A stretch of DNA of 64,000 bases from Camelus ferus (lineage: Eukaryota). Position numbers and translations under genes: made by a program. Positions 41,241 to 52,910 of the stretch are shown in pieces (position 1 is the first letter of the stretch; each line of letters opens with the position of its first letter). The notes beneath the pieces are model-generated. The model saw nothing but the letters and a program-made list of their open reading frames with translations. It was not told the DNA's origin and did no database searches. Location: positions 71,054,001 to 71,118,000 of the forward strand of contig NC_045697.1 in assembly GCF_009834535.1 (NCBI RefSeq), read 5' to 3'.

Positions 41241-41694
41241 CAGATCTTCCTTAATTTACAACCGGGTTATATCCTGGTAAACCTGCTGAACATCATTAGC
41301 TTAGCCCTGCCGACCTTAAACGTGCCCAGAACACTTAGATGAACCTACGGTTGGGCAAATCATCTAACACAAAGCCTATTTTATAATGAAGTGTTGATGA
41401 GCTCATGTAATCTACTGAATACTGCACTGAAAGTGAAAAAACAGAATGGCCGTATGGGTGCGGAGTGGGTGTTAAAGTATCAGTGGTCCACCCTTCTGAT
41501 CAGGTGGCTGATGGGAGCTGTGGTTTGCTGCCACTGCCCAGCATCAGGAGAGAGTATTACACACATCCAGCAGCTCAGAAAAAGATCAAATCTCAAAATT
41601 AGAAATATGGTTTCTACCAAATACCCCAATATGTATCATTTTCTCACCATTGTAAAGTAAAAAAAAATCTTCATTGTCAGTGGAGGGCTGCCTG
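41241..41694. mobile_element. MER47/Tigger5-type non-autonomous DNA transposon (TcMar-Tigger)
   Basis: TA|CAGAT.. start; CCTTAAACGTGCCCAGAACACTTA, GTTGGGCAAATCATCTAACACAAAGCCTATTTTATAAT, CTGAAAGTGAAAAACAGAATGG. Confidence 0.85.
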
Positions 41695-41812
41695 TGTTAG
41701 TTTTCTGAGCTGCTGGGCTCGCCACTTCAACACTTTCGTCTGTGGAGCTGTTTCAGTATCTCACTTTGCTGGGCTGCCTGAGGGTTACAAAGCATGTTGC
41801 ATGGTGTCACTG

Positions 41813-42699
41813 CAATATTTCAATGACCTTAAGATACCACTGATTATAAGGAACACCGATATTTTAAGTGTTATTAAATTTAAAAATGAAATGTTTTCTT
41901 ATCACTTAAAATCCCTGTTTTATACTTTATAAGAGAAACACATTTTTTTAATGGAGGTGCAGGGGATCGAGCCCAGGACCTCGGGCCAGCTAAGCATGCA
42001 CTCTACCACTGGGCTATATCCCTCCCTCCATAAGAGAAATATTGATTATCATATTCCTAAATCTTCCTCCCATTTGGTTGGACTCATCAGAATCTATTTT
42101 AACGTCAGAGTCATCAACGTTCTTTCACCAAATATCATCATCTGTGTTATCAAAAGTGTTCATAATGAAGTGTTTTTAAAAGCATGCTCCAGTATTATAA
42201 CCAGAATTTCGTTTCTGAACTTCCTTGCTTGGTGCATGACAGGCAATCGTCTGCTTGTATGCTGGTAAGAAAATATAACGAGCTTCAGCACATTACGGTA
42301 AGCTTTATTTTTCAGGTCCTATAAAGCACACGGTTTTTGCTTTGTGTGAAAATAGGAAATTACAGACAGTCCTCCAACAGTGAATATTCTCTTCTCTAAT
42401 TAATGGGCCTCACTGTTCTGTTTCTGCGCCTTTCCACATGATAACATTTGGATTCAACATCAAATAATATTTTTGAAGAGAATGTAAAGAGCAGTTAAAC
42501 TTCTGTGCAGTTCCAGCAACGCACATAACTCAGAGCCAACAATATGAACAGCTGCAACCAAGTCCCCACCTGAGCAGGCAGTGACACCTGTATCAGGACT
42601 ACTGTCTGACTGTTGTTCGACTAGCGACTGTGAGACTCAGGCCAATTTCAGAGAAATTAGAATATGAAAAGAGTGCGTTTGAGAACTGGTGAAATACGG
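41813..42699. mobile_element. TcMar-Tc2-like (Kanga/MER104-type) DNA transposon relic, interrupted by the SINE at 41943
   Basis: Degenerate terminal inverted repeats CAATATTTCAATGA.. and ..GGTGAAATACGG|TA. The left end is similar to the shorter copy at about 23118. Confidence 0.55.
41943..42026 (-). mobile_element. tRNA-derived short SINE, camelid Vic-1-like
   Basis: Minus strand GGGAGGGATATAGCCCAGTGGTAGAGTGCATGCTTAGC..GAGGTCCTGGGCTCGATCCCCTGCACCTCCATTAAAAAAA has pol III A/B boxes and an A tail. Flanked by direct repeat ATAAGAGAAA (41929-41938, 42030-42039). Confidence 0.85.
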
Positions 42700-43809
42700 T
42701 ATTGACGGATTACTGTGCTGTAGTTTTCCTCAACTGTAATAACACGCACCCCTGTGTCTACATAAAAGGGAGAGTCAATGAAGGTTTGTGTCATGGAGCA
42801 GAGGCTGGAAGGCATAGCACAGAGGGGATTTTTCTACTATTGTCTAGAGTGGAGGGTTGCCAAGCTACTTTCTGAACCAATGATTCTTCCATCCCCAAGC
42901 AATGAAAAAGGCAAGATGGGGAAGGGGTGGGGGGATTTGATGGAGATATCATGCCTTGAAATGCAACTAAAAGAACACATCAAATAAGGAATCACAGAGC
43001 TGGTTGTCCCTGCGGCTGAGTAGAGGTTTGCTGTTCTCAGGCAACGTGACGAGCTGCTGTGAGACACGCAGAGACATGTCTGCGCTCTCCCAGGTGCATT
43101 GTCTCCACAGCTCTCTGTGGACTGGACCACCTCAGAGCCACTGAACCAAACCAAGGGCTGGGTCTCCCCACAGCAGGGGTAGGCTGAAGCCCCATGGAGG
43201 GGCTGGATCACCACTGTCTCTGGCTGAGGTGCCTGCCTGTGTACGATTTTTTTCTTTTCATCGTTGCTGATCTTATTCTTTTCGGAGGCTCATGATCCCA
43301 CATTAGTTTCAATTGTTGATGTAGTGCTGTCCCCTCCCTTCCCTCCCTCCCCCCGCCACTTCTCTCCACCTAAATGTGTCGTAAGAACAAGAGCCATTTA
43401 CTACTCTCCACGGGCTGAGAGCATGCATGTATAAATTTGGGAAGCTCATTATAACTCACAGCTGTCAGTCCTCAAAGGAAAAAAAAATAACCTTCCACAA
43501 AACAAAACAAATAAAAAACCTTAAACCAGCATGGACTTTGTCTCCATTATTCTGTGTTATATAAAACAGATCATTGATAAGGGAGCAACTGTATTTCCAC
43601 TTCTGTGAAGTTGAGATCTTCCTAATCTTCTTACAGCATTGCCTCCACCCTATTCCTTCTCTGCGCAAAAATAATTACTGGTTGCCTTTTGCCTAAATGA
43701 CAAACTCCCAATTTCCTACCATGGTACCGCCATATCCTTTCTTCTCAGTACAGCCTGGTGTTCTCTCTCTCCCCTCCAGCCTCACCTCGTCAGTCCCTTT
43801 GAGAAGCTG

Positions 43810-44043
43810 GTGTTGGAGTTAAGCATGTGAGCTTTAGCATTTATCAGGCCTGAATCAAATTTTGGCTTTACCGCCATTAAATGCATAACTTTTGGATAAG
43901 TACCTAAACCCCAGTGGACGTCAGAGTTCTCATCTCTAAGATGGGGGTGAGACACCTACTCACTGGCTTACTGTGTGATATTATATTTAATCACTCCACA
44001 CACTATCTGACATATAGTTAATGCATATAAATGGTAACTATTA
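43810..44043 (+). mobile_element. MIR SINE
   Basis: GTTAAGCATGTGAGCTTT, TTTGGATAAGTACCTAAACC, TTCTCATCTCTAAGATGGGG. Confidence 0.6.
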
Positions 44044-46014
44044 CCCTACAAAAGCTTTCCACTCTGCACTCTCACTTGTCTTGAATCTTACCAGGCTTGC
44101 TTTGTCTACCACTTATTCTGTACTTGTAGTAAATACAAATGTATTTATATACAATTACACATAAGGGTACATATACAACTTTATACATAGTAATAAAGTT
44201 ACATATGTAGCCTTATATGGTAATAATTTCATATTAAAATACGTAAAATTGAAATGAAATAATAACAGGAAAATGATATGAAAAGATATGAAAATATGAC
44301 ATATGAAAAACATTTTTAAAGGAAGCTTTCACAGGAAGCAGTCAAAGTATTTTATAAAGGTGGAAAGTAAGTCTCAGGTTTAGATGACCTGTTAAAGGTG
44401 TTCTGGCTAGTCACTGCCAGGGTCAGGCCCAGGACTTTTAATCTCTGGTACAGTGGTGTTCACACGTCCCAAATTTGATTAGGCAATTAGAGGACAAAGA
44501 CAGTCTTCCTGAGTTCTCTCCAGAACCCAGTATCATGCCCCTCATCCACCCACTGCGGGAGCTCAGTAGTATTTGCTTGATCCCCACAAAGAACATGGCA
44601 AATGTATAAACTGTGCTTTAGGTATCAACCAAGAAAGAAGTGAACTGGAGAGAGTTCTGATGTTTTTACAGAGTGGAACGGAGCCTTACCCAAAGCAGAT
44701 TTGGAGTTTTTGTTCCATAACTACTTAGCAAATAAAATATAAGGCTTTGAGAAACTTCATTCCGTTTTCTACTGGCTTTGAGTTTAAACGTGTGCCAACT
44801 CCTATTACTTGAAAAGATATGCTAACACAAATAAGACAGTACAATTAATTCTGTTAAGTCTTTAAAATTTCATTTTCTCTTATGGTATTTTTGAACTTTC
44901 TGGCAAAATGACATTACTATATAGTTCTAGGTTTTTGTCACAAATTAATGTCTTTTGCATTGCTTTTCCAATGAACGCTGTATGGTACTTTCATACTTTA
45001 CTAACCCAGATTTCTGACTAGAAGTGAAAGATCAGAGTAAGAATTCCCTATTCCAAGCTATGTATGTATGTATGTATTTACATAACAGTTTTCAAAAAGG
45101 TAACTGATAATTATTCTATCCTCATTCTATCTCAGTTTGCTGAAGGAGATTACTGATAAAAATGTGCATTTACCTTCAGTGAGTTGGATCTCAGCGCTAT
45201 ACTTCCCTTTGCAATTTACTTTTCAGATTAACTTTGATCTTAATGTATATCTATGCTGAGTTCTGAGCACAGGATTCAGTACTAATGACTTAATAATCTT
45301 CTCATTTGCAAAATACCACCCTTTCAAGACACAGATGTCAGCAGACAAACACATGCCCCATGGATACCTGGTCACGTTAATGACAGGTATCCACTGGCAG
45401 CTGGAGCAGGTCTCCTCAGTGGTGCGTAGAACATTAATCACATACTATTAGACACTGAGAACACTTTCCTTTTCCCTTTTTCCCCTTTTCAGCATTGCCT
45501 TCTCTAGATAAGATGCATTAACTATGTGATTCAGAATAACATGAAAAATGTGCTCTGATTTTTGCTTTTATTTGGGAAGAAAATAATTCAAGCTGCCTTT
45601 TCCTTTAATGTCACTTTGAGTAAAAGTCAGATGTATCTGTAAACACTGTAGTATGGACAAAAAAAGCAATGATGCCAGAATTATTACATAGACAGTTCGT
45701 GGTTCTCAAAGCATCCCACTTAAGTGTGCAAAGCACAGGAGTTACGGGTCTGTCTCGATTCACAGACACATTTCTTAAAACATGCAATTAAATTTAACAG
45801 AAATATCTGTTTCTAGCATTTTACTCACATGAAGTAAATAAAAGTGGATAGACTTCAGGATTTGACTTTGAACTGCCTATGCTGGAAACAGCATTACCTT
45901 GTAGAATGTTTTCATAGAATAATCAGTAATTTTGATTAGTTGTTCGTGATTCAGGAAAGAGGCTACAACATAATGAGGACAGAAATACTAAAACCTCAAG
46001 ATGTCTTCAGACCA

Positions 46015-46545
46015 GTATTTTACTTCTCTGCTCAAAACCCTGTGGCATCCTATTTGAACTGAGGAAAAGCCAAGGCTCTAAACATTCTGCTGGAAGCAGC
46101 GCCTTCTCTAACCTCAGCTTCCCTTTCTCCTGGGCACTAACTTTGCTTCAGCTACACTGGCTTTGCTTTCCGAAGAAGAGCAGGCCAACTCCTACCTCAG
46201 GGCCTTTGCACTTGCTATTCCTCTGCCTGGAGAATTCTTTCCTAAACATGTGCTCTTCTCTCCTCTCTTATTCAGTACACTGCTGACCTGCCACCTTCTC
46301 AGAGACACCTTCCCTGATCCTCTATCTCACATTCCCTAGGAGACACATTCCATCCCTTACCCTCCCTTAGTCTTCTGCATAGCACTTGTTACAACAGTAC
46401 ATATTACATATTTTTTAAACTTATCTATCAGTTTGTTTGTCTAAAACACAGTTTCCAGAGGACAGAGACTCTGTTTTGTTCACTGCTGTATTCCAACATA
46501 TTGCTTAGTGAGTGGCTCAAAATGTTCTTGAATGAACGAGTGAAA
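46015..46545 (+). mobile_element. L2 (L2a-like) 3' end
   Basis: CTCTGCTCAAAACCCT, CCTCAGGGCCTTTGCACTTGCTATTCCTCTGCCTGGA, TTGTTCACTGCTGTATTCC, terminal TTGAATGAACGAGTGAA. Confidence 0.8.
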
Positions 46546-47457
46546 TTAGAGGATGGGTGATCAAAGGCTGAATCTGCAGTTATAACACAAAGTAGTAACT
46601 AATCTCATAGAGCTCACTAGCTGTGGTGCAGTAATAGTGGTAGTGTGCCAGTGAAAGATGATTAGAGAAAGCACGAAACGTCATCATTTTAGAATCTGGC
46701 AGTGAGGACTTAAGTAAAAAAAAAAAGTTATTGTGGTTGCCTATAAATTATCTGGTCAGGTAAAGAAAATGGATATTACATTCAAGGCACTGATCACAAA
46801 ATTAACACAGAAGCAAAATATACCAGAAATGGGAGGCTTCATCTACTTGATTACCTTTGTAAGTATTGGCCTAGAAACAAAGGATTGAATGATACTAAAT
46901 GTGACTGGCTATAAATGTCACCCCAGAGAGCTTGAGAAACAGGCTAACTATTACTCTCTCCCTGATTCTGATATACCATGTGGAGCTGGTTAGGGAGTTG
47001 GAAATGATAGGAAAACAGTGATGTCATCTGAACATTCAAGACAGGGAGAAAGGAGAAAGCTAAGCACAGTCCACACACTACAGATTTCATAATGAGTAAC
47101 AACAGCAATAATGATAATAATACCCACCACTCACTGAGCCTCCATTAGGGGCCAGCGCTGTACTGAGTACACTGTAAGCTCCTTTAAGCTTCACAGTCCC
47201 TCCTCCCCTCCCCCTACCTTTAAAAAAAACTAAGTAAAACATCGTTAAGAAGAACTTTCATAATGCATTCAGGTACTGGAACTTACACTAGAACAGACTT
47301 CAGTCAGGTGGCCCCCACCATACATAGCTGGGGAGGTGCGGTGGGCGGCCATGAAGCTGGCTGAGCAAGACCCCTTGGGCTACATGTCTTGGCCCCCGTA
47401 CTGATCTTGCTCTCCTTTTTACTTTGCCTCAGGTCACCTCCTTCCCAGCCACTCTTT

Positions 47458-47458
47458 T

Positions 47459-47491
<33 letters not shown>

Positions 47492-47657
47492 ATTGTTTAT
47501 TGCTATCTTGATGTTATGTAAACTTCTTTTTTAATTGAAGTATAGTCAGTTTACAATGTTGTGTCAATTTCTGGTGTACAGTGTAATAGTTCAGTCGTAC
47601 ATATATATACATATATTAGTTTTCATATTCTTTTTCATTATAGGTTACTACGAGATA
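47458..47657 (-). mobile_element. Short 5'-truncated LINE-1 3' end with extra 3' segment, poly(A) and 13-bp TSD
   Basis: 47527-47657 is the reverse complement of the same L1 tail seen at about 35055-35180. TSD CCAGCCACTCTTT at 47445-47457 and 47658-47670. Confidence 0.88.
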
Positions 47658-48408
47658 CCAGCCACTCTTTCAGGAGGTCTATGCTGTCTCCAGGTGACTT
47701 GGCCTCCTTTAAGTCTTCATTCTCAGCACACCATTCAGTTTCTATCTCACAACTAAATAAAGGAAAAGGGCTGGGAGCCACAGTCTCTGCTCTCTGACTC
47801 TTCTCAGCCTTTCCATCTTCACCCACAATTTTTTTCTTTCCCTCTGGCCTCAGAAGGTCTTGATTTCCACCTAAAGCCAATGAATCCTCCAGTGTTTCTA
47901 TGCCTAATTTCTCAAGGGTCATGCTCTGTCATCAGTGATTTCCTCTGTCTCACATATTTCTGACTTATTTTCTACTGGTCTCTTTCCCTTTACCTAGAAA
48001 CACCTGAGTCTCTTCCATGGTGAAAGTCTTCCCTTGATCTAATCCTCTCATGCTACTGACATGCATCTCTTCTCAGTCAAGCCACCTGCACGGTGGTCTA
48101 TGCTGCGTGCCTTCCCTTCTCTGCTCCAATCACTCGAACTCCGGCTCACTTTAACAGGAATGTCCTTGTCCCCAGCCACTCTACTCCCTTTCTATGGACA
48201 GCAAGCATCAGTTACTTCCTAACTGTCAAACCCAGCAGGCATTCTTGAGTCCTCTTTTCCTCAACTTCCACTAATACTATTGTAGGGGGAAGGAGAAGTT
48301 TTTCTTTAATTTAAAATTTTTTAAAACGTTGCCTTCATTTATTAGGGATGGTTTCAATGGATAGCGGTTTCTAGGTTCATAAGCTGTTTTGTTTTGTTTT
48401 AACAGCAC

Positions 48409-48501
48409 TTTTTTTTTTTATTAATGGCGGTATTGGGGATTGAACCCGGACCTCTTGTATGTTAAGCACGCACTCTAACACTGAGCTAGTTCTTTTCCCC
48501 C
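48409..48501 (-). mobile_element. tRNA-derived short SINE, camelid Vic-1-like (more diverged copy)
   Basis: Minus strand GGGG..TAGCTCAGTGTTAGAGTGCGTGCTTAAC..GAGGTCCGGGTTCAATCCCCAATACCGCCATTAAT plus poly(A); homologous to the copy at 41943. Confidence 0.8.
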
Positions 48502-48535
48502 AGTAGAGGAGGAGAGAACACTCCTTCTGGATTTT

Positions 48536-48898
48536 TGTCTTAGTCCATCTGGGTTGCTATAACAGAATATCCATGACTGAGTGACTTATATGACAGAAAT
48601 TTATTTCTCAGTTCTGGAGGCTGGGAAGTCCAAGATCAAGGCATTGGAAAGTTCAAGTCACTGGCAGATTCAGTGTCGGTGGAGGGATAAGTCAGAAGGG
48701 CTCCTGCCATGTTCCTGCTGTGCCCTCACTCGGCAGCAGGAGCACGAGAACTCTCTGACATCTCTTTGATAGGGGCCCTAACCCCATTCATGAGGTTTCC
48801 ACCCTCCCAATGACCCCACTTCAAATCCATCATATTGGGCATTAGATTTCAGCATACGAAATTCGGAGGGTGGGGACCCAAACCTGCAGTTTACAGCA
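48536..48898 (-). mobile_element. MLT1A-like solo LTR (ERVL-MaLR)
   Basis: TGTCTTAGTCCAT..GCTATAACAGAATA, ATTTATTTCTCAGTTCTGGAGGCTGGGAAGTCCAAGATCAAGG, CCCATTCATGAGG; interrupts an L2 relic. Confidence 0.8.
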
Positions 48899-50167
48899 GT
48901 TCTCCACTTATTTTCTGGCTATAATTTCTCAGTCTTCTCTGTGGCCCCTCTTCCTGTGATTGTCCCTTAAACGTAGGCATTATCCCTCTACTAGCGTTGT
49001 TATGACCCTTCTACTAGCTGTCCCTTAGTAATCTCATGATTTTACAACTGCCCGCACAATGATAATCCAGAGCAGCAACCCTAACCCAGACCTCCCAGCT
49101 GCACTCTCAAGAAATGCATACACAGCAGCTACCGGGGTGACTGTGCTTGGGTGTTCCATAAAATACTCACTTGCAGTCTGTCTAAAACGGACCCACTGGA
49201 TTTTCATAGAAACCTGTCCCTGCAGAGATGATCTAGAATGGTGGTGTCGCCAACTACCCAGTCACATAAACCAGAGAGCTGGAAACCCTCCCAGATTTCT
49301 CTTTCTACCCATCACTTCCTTCTCGACACCAAGTCTTAAATATTTAATTAAATCCCATCATTTCTACCAGTGCTGTTGCTGCCTCTGTCTCGATTCAGTT
49401 CCTTGTCTGGACCACCATAATGATGTCTCAGTTTGTCTTTCTGCCTTTGGCCTTTCTCCTTCCAGTGCTACCTTCAGAATGATGTCCAAGTGAATAGAAC
49501 ATAATAGTAACAAGCCACACACAAGCAAGTCTTTTCCCTACTTAAACATCCTCTGGAATGTCTGTATATTATGAAATTTGCACTACTTATTCCTAGTGTA
49601 TGAGACATCCCCCTCCAAACTCTTCAATCTCTCTCAGCACCCGCCCTCAGCCCTAACAGTTTTCCAAACATACCAAGGGAAAACATCCCTCTGCTCCTTG
49701 GACCACACTGTTGCTATGTCTAGAATGCCCTCTCTACACCTAGGTGCCAGACAAGCTCCTATGCTGTCTTTTAAAACATAGATCAGAAGTTGCTGCTTCT
49801 TGACTTGTTGTATCCATAGAGTTACTCATTTTGCAGCCTCTATCCTTCGCAAATAGCTCTTGTTTTACACTTATCATATGTTTCATAATAGGTTTATTTC
49901 AGTATCTGGATCCTCTAGTAGACTCTGACATTATTTAGGGCAGAGGCTAGATATTTATCAGTTCTGTGCCTATTGATCCTAGAAATGTAAATGCTCGATA
50001 AATATTTCCAAACTAAATAGAAGAATGAATATTTTAATTAGCCCACTTTAATCTACTAGATATTCCCTGAGGTTGCCTATTCATGCTTAAAGAAATTTCT
50101 TTCACGATATTTCCTTATTACATCTCTCTGAACAATGGAAATTCTGTGCAAGGTTCTGTGCTGCAGG

Positions 50168-50409
50168 CAGTGTTTTTTAAAATTATTTGATCATAAACCA
50201 AAGTTAGAAATTTTGCATTATAAGCCATTATAAATATACAAATGTGCAAATAAACAAAAATGTTGAGTCCTTCTCCTTATTTCGTATGATAAACTCTGAT
50301 ATTTTCTTTCTTATTCAAGTCTTTTGCAATAAATTAAAACATACTGGATCAATAACAATAAATTGATTTCATGTCTCATAGATTGTGATACACATTTTGA
50401 AAAACGCTG
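50168..50409. mobile_element. hAT-Charlie-type MITE relic
   Basis: Terminal inverted repeats CAGTGTTTTTTAAA ... TTTGAAAAACGCTG around an AT-rich interior. Confidence 0.5.
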
Positions 50410-51199
50410 TTATATACATAGTGTTTAGGAAAAAACTTCTTAAGGAATTTAAATTTCTGAATTAGTCATTTCTTTAATTTTAATTATAAATTTAATAGTA
50501 AGTGTTGTTGGAAAACATTATTTATCCAAACTGTAGGAACATCCACATAAATAAGTGGAAAATTATAGAATATTTTAAAAGTAATATTATGCTACTGCTT
50601 TGAAGTTCACACATTGCTGCAAACTATAAAAAAAAAATATGTGAAGGTCCTGGCTTTAATGATGACATAAAATCACTTTGTTTCCAAGCTATTATGTTAA
50701 ATGCCAATCATCTCCCTTTGAACTATGTTTCATATTTTACTTAGTTTAATAAACCCTTTATTCACAGACATTTTCAAAGTAACCTTTAGCATGGTCCAGA
50801 CTGAAGTATCAGGAATCCAAATTTAGGAGAATGCAAATTTATGAAGGTTTTCGTCATTTATGTTTAAAGCTGAAATATTCTAACCTATAAATATATACCT
50901 GTGTTTTCTCTGTTTTAGGCTCTGCTACTTTACAAAATTCCTAAGGGCATAAAATTCATCTCTTCCGATTTACTCAAAATCACCTCAAAGAGTAACAGAG
51001 ACTGGGTAGGACTCTGCAGGAGAGCTACCCTTTACCACGTGTTTCTGCATGTCAGGCAATGCACTGCCAGTCCTAATTCTCACAACAACCTGAAGGTCAG
51101 TGCTAACCTCTGTTTACAAAGGATGACCTAAGTAAAGTGGTTCCAAACGTACAGTTAGGAAGCATCAGAATCAGTTATCAAAATCAGTGAAAGAATCAC

Positions 51200-51425
51200 A
51201 TTTTATTATGTATTTACTATCTGCCAGGCACTGTGCTTTTCATTTAGTATCTCATTTAATTTGCACAACACCCTTCTGGGAAATAGGCACTATTTTTATG
51301 CCCACTTTTCAGATTAGGAGACAACAGCAGAGAAAAGTTAAATAATTGGTACGGAGTACGCAGCTACTAAGTGGTAGAGCTAAGACTTGAACCCAGATTT
51401 CTTCCAAAGTCGAGGCTATTCCCAT
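51200..51425 (-). mobile_element. MIR SINE
   Basis: TGCCAGGCACTGTGC, ATCTCATTTAAT..CACAAC, CCCACTTTTCAGAT, CAGCTACTAAGTGGTAGAGC..TTGAACCCAG. Confidence 0.75.
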
Positions 51426-52616
51426 GGGATTCTCTGCTATTAAATAAATCTAGTGAATAATCGAAACCTGATAAGGTTCTGGATTTAGAGTTTAGGGTTT
51501 TTCTTTTCTAGTCAATAACTTCCCATTTCCTCAATTCTTCTTTGAAGCATGCAATTAAATTCTGGCTTAATTTACTGTACACTCTGTAAAAATGTCACTG
51601 TATTATTAAATAATTTAAAATGAACTTGAAGAATATGAGCATTTTTCAAAGATGCCATGAGTGAGAGTTTGCTGGCTTGCTGCAGTGTATGATCAAAGAA
51701 TTCAGAAGGATGCCTTTTATCTGAGAATATCAAAGGCCACTCACTAAAAAAAGACATAGAGTTCCTATTACACTGAGGAGAAAAAGCTGAGTCCATTGAA
51801 ATATAATACAAGAATGTTGGCATACAGGTAATTCACAGATATTATTACCTTTGCTACTTGAAATTGGACCAACATGGATGCTTTCCAAGAGCTATTCTTT
51901 ATAAAAGTGTAATACACACAATTCATTTGCTACAATTGCCACCTTTTTTTCTTTCAGTTAGTCTCCCATACTTCATTCATACCCTAAACCCACACACCCA
52001 CACCCACATACACACAGAAATTTAGAGGTTCAAGTCACACATACACACATTATACTGCTTTTCCACTGTGGTTAATAACAGCTGGTGCCATTAAATGGCT
52101 AGTATTTATCAGTTTAAAAACCACAAGATTAAAATGAACTGAATTATCTTTTCAAGCTGCCACAGATCTCTAGTCATTGTGACAGCAGATGTATGTTTTC
52201 AAAATCTACTCAATTAAGTGACTTGATGTCTTCTACTAAGGTCCATGTTTCTGCCTGAAATAAACAAAGTCAGGTAATTTCACTGGTTTGGGGCATATGG
52301 CAGGCAATACTAATCCCTTCTTAAAATGTTTACCTCAACTCCCTCATCAAAAAATATAAACAGAAGAACCACTTTTTTCCTTAGGATATATCAAAAGCAA
52401 TAATATGATTGAGTTAAATCTCATCATGATATTAAAAAAAACAGGTTGTATAGAATTTTAAAAATGTAGCTGGGAAAAAATATTCCCTTTGAGCTAGATA
52501 TGACATAAAAACAAGAACTAGGAAGAATGAGTCTGATTTACGAATTATCTGACCCCTCAAATTAAAGGCATAGTTTTCAGTAACTATATCAGGGTAAGTA
52601 TTCCCATGTACAATCT

Positions 52617-52910
52617 GACTTGGTTGGCACGGACTTCCATAACAAAATACCATAGACTGTGTGGCTTAAACAACAGAGATTTATGTTTTAGCGCTCTGGT
52701 GTCTGGAAGTCTAAGATCATGGTACCAGCTAATTTGGTACCTGGCTCTTCTTATAAGGCCACTAATCCCATTACAAGGGCCTCATCCTCATGATCTCATC
52801 TAACTCTAATTACCTCCCAAAGGCGCCATCTCCAAATACTATCATGTTGGGTATTAGAGCTTCAACATATAAATGGGGGGTGGGTGGGTATAAACATTCA
52901 TTCCACAACA
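52617..52910 (-). mobile_element. MLT1A/B-like solo LTR with internal deletion
   Basis: CCATAACAAAATACCATAGACTG..GGCTTAAACAACAGA, TCTTCTTATAAGG.CACTAATCCCATT, CTAATTACCTCCCAAAGG, CTTCAACATATAAAT. Confidence 0.8.

Larger units (their letters stand above)
47690..50030 (+). mobile_element. Fragmented L2 relic interrupted by a SINE and an MLT1A LTR
   Basis: L2-like pyrimidine-rich text on both sides of the insertions, ending in GCTCGATAAATATTT..AATAGAAGAATGAAT. Confidence 0.5.

Noticed and set aside
41943..42026. tRNA gene
   Set aside because: It has tRNA-like A/B boxes, but the A tail, TSD and a second diverged copy at 48409 indicate a tRNA-derived SINE.
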